NCBI RefSeq assembly: GCF_009914755.1
Contig: NC_060938.1
Direction: 5' to 3' (one strand)
DNA: 64,000 nucleotides
From: the human T2T-CHM13v2.0 reference genome, Homo sapiens
Shown here one piece after another: positions 52,150-64,000 of this stretch. The position numbers and the translations under genes were made by a program. A model generated the notes under the pieces. It saw only the letters and a program-made list of their open reading frames with translations, did not search any database and was not told the DNA's origin. Position 1 is the stretch's first letter; each line of letters starts with the position of its first letter.

Positions 52150-53150
52150 TAACACGCGCCTGTAACTCTCCACCTCAGCCCACATTCCCACAGCACTCGC
52201 GACGTCCGCGGCCCTCAACATGGCGCTTCATTCTATTTTAGGGTATTTCCTGCTTGTTTCCTGCACACACAGTCGCGCGAGGCACAGCCCCGAGTGACCC
52301 ACGCACGAGTGGCCAGCGCTTCCAGACGCGCCGCCGCAGGCCGGCGAGGGAAGCCTGAGCCGCTTCCTGCCCCCGCGGGGACCTTCGCCAGCCCACAGCT
52401 CTAGCGGGAGGCGGTTCCACAGCGAGCCCGGCAGTCCCGCCACCGTCAGCACCCCCGCCTCGGGCGGGCTTTCCCCACCTCTGAGGCACGAATCCTCAGG
52501 GGCTCCTTGGGAGGTCGCCAGGGAGCAGCTGCGTACGGACACCTTTCGGCCCTCTGCGGCCGCCGTAGCTCCCCGGCAGAAACCCTGAAGTGGAAATCTC
52601 AGGCATTCAGCGTTTGGGTGAAGACGAAGGCAGGTTCTGGACAGACTTACGCTGTCAGGGAGTGTTGACTTCGCCTCCACTTCTGTTCCTCCCCGCCGTG
52701 GTGCTGCTCCGGGTCACATATCGTTCTGAGCCGGCTTCAGCCTCTCCGCGCAGAAGTCTCCCAGAGCCATGGCCGAGTACTCTTATGTGAAGTCTACCAA
52801 GCTTGTGCATAAGGGAACCAAGGTGAAGAGGTGGGTCCTGCAGCTCCGGCGGGAGCCTCCTCAGTTCTTTTCGGACGCACTCCACCCCCTCGAATCTGGT
52901 GGAAGCCGTGGCACGGAGAGCCGGCTTTGTGGCCTCCCAGGCTTCGCCCTGGCCCCTGTCCGGGCTGGACGGAGGCCGGACCACGGTTCCTGGCGCCTGT
53001 GCAGAGAGGGGCAGCCTCCCGCGCGGACGACCCTGGAAACAGGATAGATGGGCGGGTGACCCGTGGCCCCGTACCCACGAGTTTCGGTCCCCTGAGGCAT
53101 CTCTCCAGGCCTCTGCCTGGTGGGTCTGCGTTAGTCTGATCTCGTAGTTC
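52150..53150. promoter_or_regulatory. CpG island / promoter of the FRG1 copy
   Basis: Sharp rise in GC and CpG around exon 1; YY1-like AACATGGCG at about 52218. Confidence 0.85.
52769..52830 (+). CDS. FRG1: FRG1-like exon 1, coding part (62 nt)
   Basis: Kozak GCCATGG; MAEYSYVKSTKLVHKGTKVK; donor GAG|GTGGGT. Confidence 0.9.
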
Positions 53151-53989
53151 ATGATAATAACTTCCTTTATTAGGGATTATTCTTTTCTCCATTGTCTCTT
53201 CCTGGAAAAATTATTGATTAATTTTTTGTAAGCTAATATGTAGAGTGAAACCAGGATGAATCACACAGTGGTTGAGGTGTATATGGGCTTTGATAGGGAT
53301 ATGGGCTGGAACCTGCACTCTGTCATTTACTAATTTTGTAATTTGTGGCAAATTGGTTAATATGTCTGAACTTCCATTTACTCATTAAGAGATCAAATAT
53401 CTTTGAACCTCCGTTTACACATTTATACTTTCGGACCATTTTTTATACCTTTAGAAGACTGTGAGGATTAAATGAGAGAACATATATGCAGTAAATAAAT
53501 TGAGCCAAATGTGAGGAGGAGGTCGTAGTGGTAATTTGTTAGCTCTTTAGGAGAAAAATACCTGTGCATTCATATCCCTGCTTCTTTTTTAACTGGCAGA
53601 TTTGCCTGAGGTTGACTATACATACAAATATTGAGCATTTCCTCCTGGTCTCCGTGATAAACAAAGGTTTTGATATTGTTCGGCGAGATGGAAAGAAAAT
53701 ATCAAGGAGTGAGCTGAAGCCACTGCCCTTGAGAACCCTCTCGAGGAGTCTGGCCTCATGAAGATGCCAGAATAAACGGCAGATATATCCTGAATGAATG
53801 TGAGATTTTTACCCTGTGAATTTCCTGTGAGGAGTGGTGAGTTATCTTCTGAAAACTTTATGATGAAAATGCAGACAAGAGTGTCTTAAGATTATCGTAA
53901 TAATCATAATTAATGCTTATATAGCACTTTCAATGCACCAAGAAATTGTTGTAGGCACTTTGCACGTTAACTTTTTTCAAATCGCTCTT

Positions 53990-54600
53990 GGGGTTTTTTT
54001 TTATTGCGATGTAATTCATAATTATAAAATTCACCCTTTTGTACAGTCAGTGGTTTTTAGTATATATTCAAGAGGTTCACCACTGTCTAGTTGCTCAGCA
54101 TTTTCATCATCTCAGAAGAATCTCTTCCTACCCATTAAAGCAGTCACATCCCATCCTCCCCCTCTCCTAGTCCTTGGCAACCACTAGTCTGCTATCTATG
54201 TGAAATTGCCTATTCTGAATATTTCCTAAGAAATCATGCAACATGTGGCCTTTTGTATCTGGCTTCTTTCACTTATAACATTCTTGAGGTCCATCGTTGT
54301 AGCACTTGTTCCTTTTTATGACTGCATAGTATTCCATTGTATGGATGTAGCATTTTGTTCATCCATTCATCAGTTGATGAACATTTAGGTTGTTTCCCCT
54401 TTTTGACTATTGTGACTAATGTTAGTGTGAATATTCTTATGTAAGTATTTTTGTGGGTGTATGTTTTCATTTCCCTTGGGTATACATAGGAGTAAAATTG
54501 CTGGGTCATATGGTAACTCTTTAACTTTTTGAGGAACCCCAAACTGTTTCCTGTAGATGCTGCATCATTTTACATTTCCACCAGCAATGTGTGAAGATAC
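53990..54600 (-). mobile_element. L1MB-like 3' fragment in intron 1, flanked by MIRs (about 53260-53530 and 54605-54780)
   Basis: TAATTCATAATTATAAAATTCACCCTTTTGTACAGTCAGTGG; ATCCATTCATCAGTTGATGAACATTTAGG. Confidence 0.85.
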
Positions 54601-54969
54601 ATATTACCTCTTAATCCTCACAATAGCCTTAAGAGTTAAGTTATTATCCTAATTTTTTAAGTGGGGAAACTGACTCACAGAGAGATTCAGTACCTTTTCC
54701 AAAAATCACAGAGCTAAGAAATGACAGAACCAGGATTTAAAATCTGGCAGTGTGGCTCTACAATCTGCTTTGAACTTTAACATGATATGTACAAAGCCTG
54801 AAGCAACTTCTCAGTACTGTATTTAAGAGGGTATAGCAATGTAAGTCTTCCTAAATCAATAATTTATAAATGAAACAGCTTAAAAGACTTCCAAGTTTCA
54901 ATCTTACGATATTTGTTTATCACACAAATCGATATACCTAAACTCATCTATATAAATTATGTCCTGTAG

Positions 54970-55039
54970 TAAGAAGAAAAAGAGGAAAGATAAGAAGAGA
55001 AAAAGAGAAGAAGATGAAGAAACCCAGTTTGATATGTTG
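54970..55039 (+). CDS. FRG1: FRG1-like exon 2 (70 nt, lysine-rich NLS region, frameshifted at the 3' end)
   Basis: Acceptor TCCTGTAG|TAAG; donor TTG|GTGAGT. Confidence 0.9.
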
Positions 55040-55783
55040 GTGAGTCAGTTTTCAGTGCTTTATTCTGAAAAATAGTTAACATTTCTTGAGATCTCATTGA
55101 AAATATTTTCCTAGTTAGAAATTTATGATGCATTCATATTTGTCTTAAAGTGCTTAAGTATTACCTACAGTTGTAAATTCCATTTATTCTTTAGCACAGT
55201 AGATGCTACTGATGCCTTTACTTCATCATCAGAACAGAGCACAGGAGAGAAGAATTACAACTCTCTGACTTAGTAGGCACCATTAGACTGCTTAATAGCT
55301 GGAGATTCTGATACATAATTTTAAAGGCTTAATGTAAATGTTATTCAACCAAATATATTTTACAAGTTATTTTCTTTGAACATGTATACATTTTAGTTGT
55401 AGAAGTCAGTTGTCTCTTAAACGAAGTATCTTCACAGGAAAAATCATTATTTTGTGAACTCTGAAATGAATGAAAATTTTAAATACAATATCAGGGTAGC
55501 CTGTAAATGATACTAGAAATAAACTGACCCAAACACACTTAACCAACCTGTTTTCCGTTTAGCTGTTTCCATGCTTTTTTTTTCTGTTTTAAAACTTGGC
55601 AAATTGCATTTTGAATCTTGATAAATTATGGTAGCTTAAAAATATATAAAATATGAAATGGTATAAAGCTAATGTTCTGGAAGAATCATTGCTTTTGAAA
55701 TGGCAAATCAACAATTCTAAAATTAGGGTATATATCTAGGGTAGATATGTAGATGTGGAATTGCTGTGTCAAAGGATATGTGA

Positions 55784-56196
<413 letters not shown>

Positions 56197-58008
56197 AGAA
56201 GCTTTTAATTTTTATAAAGCTTAGTTTATTTTTTTCTTTTATAGTTACTACCTTATCTCTTTGATCTAAGAGATCTTTGCTTATCCCAAAGTCAGGAAAA
56301 TATTCTACGTTGTCTTTTAGAGGCATCATTGTTTTAGATTTTACATTACATCTGTCATTAATCTCAAATTAATTTATGGCATGGTGTGAGTTTGGTTTCA
56401 AAACATACTTTTTTTTTTTAACATCTTGATAGCCATTTGTGCCAGCACCACTGGTGTTTCCTTTTTCCATTAATCCAGTTTCGTGTCTTCATAAAAAATC
56501 AATTATCTTTCTATGTATTGGTCTATTTCTGGACCCTGTTCTATCGATTGTCTGTTTTTCTTTTGGTATATTTCTCTTGATTGCTATAATTTCATGAAGT
56601 CTTGAGATCAGGTAGTGTGTATCCTCCAACTTTGTACTTACTATTAGTTTATTAATTTCTACAGTGAAGCCTGTTGGATTTTCTCAGAGAATTGTATTGA
56701 GTCCAGATCATTTGGGGGAGAATCAATATCTTAATATTGGGCCTCAATATTTCATAATTTTCAATGTAGTAGTCTTGCATGCCTGTTTAAAAATTTATTC
56801 TTAAGTATTTTATAATTTTACACTACTGTCAGTAGAACTTTTGAATTTCATTTTCCGGTTGTCTGCTGTCAGTATGTAGATATACAATTGATTTTTGTAT
56901 AGTGACTTTGTAGTCTCATAAGTCTGTTTCACTTATTACTTCTAGTGGTTTGTTTATATAGAATACTAAGAAATTTGCAATTATGTTTCCTGTGACTATC
57001 ATTTTACTTCTTTCTTTCTAATCCTTATGTCTTGTCTCGCTTTTTATTGGTTTATTATACTGCCCAGGACTTCCATAGTGTTGAACATAAGTCACGAGAA
57101 TGGGCATAATTGCATTGTTTCCAAGCTTAGGCAGAAAGCTTTCAGTAGTCCACCATATGGTATGGTGTCTGTAGGATCTACAGAGAAAACCTTTATCAAA
57201 ATGAGGACATTCCTTTTAAACTTTGTTTCTTGGGAGTTTTTTATCATAACAATGTTTAATGCTGTCAAATGCCTCTTTCTGTGTCTGTTGAGATGATTAT
57301 ACAAATTTCTTCATTCTGCCAATGAATTACATTGGTTTCATTTTCAACTTTTAAACTAACTTTACATCCCTGAGATAAACCCCACTTGGTTGTGGTGCGT
57401 TGCCTTTTGGGATATTGCTAGATTTGATTTCTAGGTTTTGTTGTTGTTGTTGTTGTTGTTTTAAGATTTCTCTATTGGTGTTGATGGGAGATATTGAACT
57501 TTTGTATCCTTTTCTTGTAATGGCTTTATTTGATTTTGGTGTCAAGGCGATAGTGGGTGTCATAAAATTAGATGGGAAGTGCTATCTCCTTCCCTGTTTT
57601 TGGAAATAACTGTGTAAGATCGGCATGATTTCTTCTTTACATGTTTGATAGGATTTACCAGTGAAGTCATCTGAACCTAGAGGGTTTTGTTTGGTTTGGT
57701 TTTAATTTTTTGTGGGAGAATTAAGATTTTTTAAGAGATATTTTCAGATTTTTCTGTTGTCAGTTTTGGTAACTTGTGTCTTTTAGGAAAATTTCATTTC
57801 ATCCAAGTTGTTGGATTTATTGTCATAAAATTGTTCAGAATATTCCTTTAATATCCTTTTAATGTCTGTAGAATCTAATCTGTATTGCAGTCTCTTCATA
57901 TTGGTAATTTGTGTTTTTTCTATTTTTTCCTGGATCAGTCAGTCTAGCTGGAGGTTTATAAATTCTTTATAAGATCATTTATTTTAGATCATTAATGATC
58001 TTTTAGTA

Positions 58009-58222
58009 CAGGGGTATTCAATCTTTTAGCTTCCCTGGACCACAGTCGAAGGAGAAGAATTGTCTTGGGCCACACATAGAATACACTAACGATAAGCTGA
58101 TGAGCCAAAAACAAAAAAAAACAAAAAAATCTCATAAGGTTTCAAGAAAGTTTATGAATTTGTGTTGGGCTGCATTCAAAGCTGGCCTGGGCCACATGCA
58201 GTCCTCAGGATTTGACAAGCCT
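58009..58222 (+). mobile_element. MER30
   Basis: CAGGGGTATTCAATCTTTTAGCTTCCCTGG...GAATTGTCTTGGGCCACACATA...TTTGACAAGCCTG. Confidence 0.9.
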
Positions 58223-58650
58223 GTTTCAGTATTACTTATTTTCTCTTTTTTTCATTTTTTATTTCATTTATTTTCAGTGTTTTTTTTTTCCTCCCTTTAA
58301 CTTATTTTCAGTTTACTTTGCTCTTGTTTTATTGCTTCTTAAGAAGAGAGTTAGATCTCTTCATTCCACTTTAGTTTTAGTTATAGTCAACACATTTTGT
58401 TTTCATTTTCATTCCATTCAAAATATTATCTAGTTTTCCTTGTGATTTTTCTTTTCATGGACACTTGAGTTATTTCAAAGTGTATTGTTCTTAATTTCTA
58501 CTACATAGAGATATTATAGGTATGTTATTGTTGCTGATTTCTAATTCATTTATAGTATAGTTGGAGAACATACTTTCTTAGTGAATTTCCACGTGCACTT
58601 GAAAAGAATGTGTATTCTGCAGATGTTGGTTCAGGGTTATTTTGTTTTGA

Positions 58651-59052
<402 letters not shown>

Positions 59053-60497
59053 TAATGAGAGTTATGTTAGAATCTCCAGCTGTAATTCTAGATCTGTCTC
59101 CTTAAGCAGTTTTTGCTTAAAGTATTTTGAAGCTGTCATGTGTACGCATTTAGGATTGTTAAGTCTTCCTTATAAATTCAGTCTTTCATTTTCATAACAT
59201 TTTAACCTTTATTTCTGTTAAATGTCTTGATGCCTAGTTAAATTATTTGACCACCCTTTTGCTCCTGTCAAGCCTGGGCCTTTGTTAGTTCGTGGTTATT
59301 TATTAGGTTTTTGCCTGTAGACTTAGACAGTGACTCTTACTCTAGGAAAGGCTCATCCTCATGGGCCTCAGCCACGTGTTCTAAGTATACTTGGTGAGTT
59401 CTGTCCACTCTGCTGTGTCCCAAATTTGTGTGATTTCTGGCATCTCCAGTCAGCCCTCAGAAGTGCCAGCCACTCTGCAGAGGCCTTGTGGAGCCTGCCT
59501 ACTGTATGCACTCCCCCCAGCCCTTGGCCCCAAACCTGCAGAGAACTTTTGCATACTCTTCCGAGGCCTCACCTGTATGTAGTTCCCTCTTCTCCAGTAA
59601 CTTATTCTATAAACTCCAAACATGTTAGCACTGCAAGACTCTCAGCTTAGTGACAGTGACATTGATTCATTTTTGGAGGTCTCTAACTCTCTGCGTGGTC
59701 AAGAAACTACCATTGGGCAGAAAACAGAAGTGTGTGTGAGATTTGCCTCCTGTGTTTTCCTTTTCTCAAATATCACAGTCCTGTTCTGCCTGTGTTCCAA
59801 TCCCCGAAAACAGTTTTCTCAAATATTCTATCCAGTTTCAGTTTTCTCATTGGTCATGGTGGGAGGGCAAGTCCATCTTGGCTGGAAGAGGAAGTCCTTC
59901 TGCATCTTTTTCTCTTTGTCCTTCCACCTTCTTTTGCATTGTGGATTTTCTAAACTTGCCATAAAAGTAAGCATGTGCCTATTTGTGAAGGGAAATAAAA
60001 AAAACTTTTAATTTTTTAAAGCTGTTCTGTTGGTTCCTCACAAGGATCTGAAGGGATTGGTAAATAGGATGAAAGAAACTCTGTCTTTCACATGGAGAGT
60101 ACCATGTGTGACATTAATAAAAATGAGCCTGTCTGTAAGCAAGGATTTTCACTGAGCTCTGCTAGATTCAGAAGCAATTGAACTTACAACATCGTAGTTT
60201 GCAAAACACAGATTTGATTTACCCAGGAACTAAAGCTAAGTCAGCTATGGGTTAATAGAAGGTCTGTGAAGGGTACTTAGACTACAGTAAGATTGGGGAA
60301 GAAAATTCCATTTCCAAATCTAAGATATATCATTCCTTTGTGCCAAGCACATAATGAAGGCAGAGATTTAAGGGGGTCCTTAGCACAGAAGCACTGGGTT
60401 AGTCAGAATGTGAGGTGAGCTGTCACACAGCCTTGATGCTAGAATGAGGGTGTCCTGGTAGTATCGAATCAGCCATGACACTGGTGCATCGGGCCAG

Positions 60498-60792
<295 letters not shown>

Positions 60793-61726
60793 CAGACATA
60801 TGGAAACATTCTCAACTATGTGAAAATATGTGAAAAGCTTTGTTATGCATTGTGAGACAACACAGCGGGAATATTTCACCATCTGCCTAAGGTTTAAAAG
60901 GAAATAACTTTAAGCATGTGTCTAAATAGCAAGTAATGTTTTTGAGTGGATTCTCTTAAATTCAGCTTGGGCATCTGCAACATATACACAACTTGAGCTG
61001 TCACCTGACGTAGAGACAGGCAACTTCAGTGCCGACTGTTCTTAGGATCCACTGCTTTTTCACAGCTAAAACCCCCGAGTGGCACCGTTAAGTATTATGT
61101 TATATTACTTTAGTCGCTAAACATATAAGCATACCTCCAAACGTTGAATGTAGGCCACTTGCAGAAAGTAGGCAGAATGCTCACATTTAATTCTTGATGA
61201 TACTGTGTTTAGCTTTCTTATTCTTTGAAATCCCATTGAGAAAAAATACTGGCATCTGCTCAAAGTAATTTTTTTTTCAGTTGACAATATTATAAGTAAT
61301 GTTATTGTATCATTTAGCTACTTGGACAGAGTGTGAAAATTTTGAGGAGCTTGTCTGCCAGAAATTTCTTCTTCATTTGCAAAACATTAATGAGATATTA
61401 TATTTAAATGATTTTATTTAATATTAAGTGTACTTGGTGAACGTGGCATAGAACATACAAAATAAAACTAATTTAAAATTATTAACTGTTACATTTATAA
61501 GAAAGTCTTGCTAATCATAACACTGCTCATAATGATTCTGAATAAAGCATTATTTCTTTTACTGAAAACAATTGTAGCTATAACTCAATCATCTAAATTG
61601 TCATTAGTTTTATTGCTTTCTAATTGTCTTTAGCTGAAATTTTAATTTTGATTAATTTTCTTTTTCTCCATTGTTTTTGTGTGTGTGTGGAGGTAAAATA
61701 TACAGAATATAGAATTTGCCAGTTTT

Positions 61727-64000
<2,274 letters not shown>

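Larger units (their letters stand above)
52580..55039 (+). pseudogene. FRG1: FRG1 family paralogue, unprocessed; exons 1-2 visible, probably continuing beyond the window
   Basis: Spliced exons 1+2 give MAEYSYVKSTKLVHKGTKVKSKKKKRKDKKRKREEDEETQFDML, versus FRG1 MAEYSYVKSTKLVLKGTKTKSKKKKSKDKKRKREEDEETQLDIVG; GT-AG intron of about 2.1 kb; 1-nt deletion at the end of exon 2. The symbol denotes the family, not a specific locus. Confidence 0.93.

Noticed and set aside
52820-52828. New upstream donor AAG|GTGAAG that would restore phase at exon 3
   Set aside because: It would put the TAA at the start of exon 2 in frame, giving an immediate stop.
52769-53047. 92-aa ORF starting MAEYSYVKSTK as a complete protein
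   Set aside because: Only the first 20 codons are FRG1; the rest is read-through into intron 1 past the donor at 52831.
52580-55039. Calling this the functional 4q35 FRG1 gene, or naming a specific paralogue
   Set aside because: Amino-acid changes, a diverged 5' UTR and the frameshift argue against the functional gene; the specific copy cannot be determined without alignment.

Overview
Primate (human or great-ape-type) genomic DNA, dominated by transposable elements and with no intact protein-coding gene. The one recognisable gene is the 5' part of an FRG1 family copy on the + strand: CpG island at about 52150-53150, exon 1 CDS at 52769-52830 and exon 2 at 54970-55039. It differs clearly from canonical FRG1 as I recall it, and exon 2 is 70 nt rather than 71 nt (a frameshift). 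It is therefore most likely an unprocessed, segmentally duplicated FRG1 pseudogene; I cannot tell which paralogue. The rest is L1, L2, Alu, MIR, MaLR LTRs and DNA-transposon fossils. Points of interest are: a transposase-bearing Ricksha (MULE) element with both TIRs, a captured ERVL/MLT2 piece and nested FLAM > THE1 insertions; a 7SL retrocopy with a 31-32 bp minisatellite expanded from its own sequence; several DUX4-type motifs, one in FRG1 intron 2; an orphan GC-rich RFX/CCAAT/GC-box block between two diverged local duplicates, possibly driving a minus-strand spliced non-coding RNA; a short templated L1 snippet at a duplication junction; and a fold-back 5' junction on a young L1. I found no sequence support for a new protein-coding system. 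Nearly all listed ORFs are repeat-derived or chance. Subfamily names come from remembered consensus sequences, and boundaries of old repeats are approximate.
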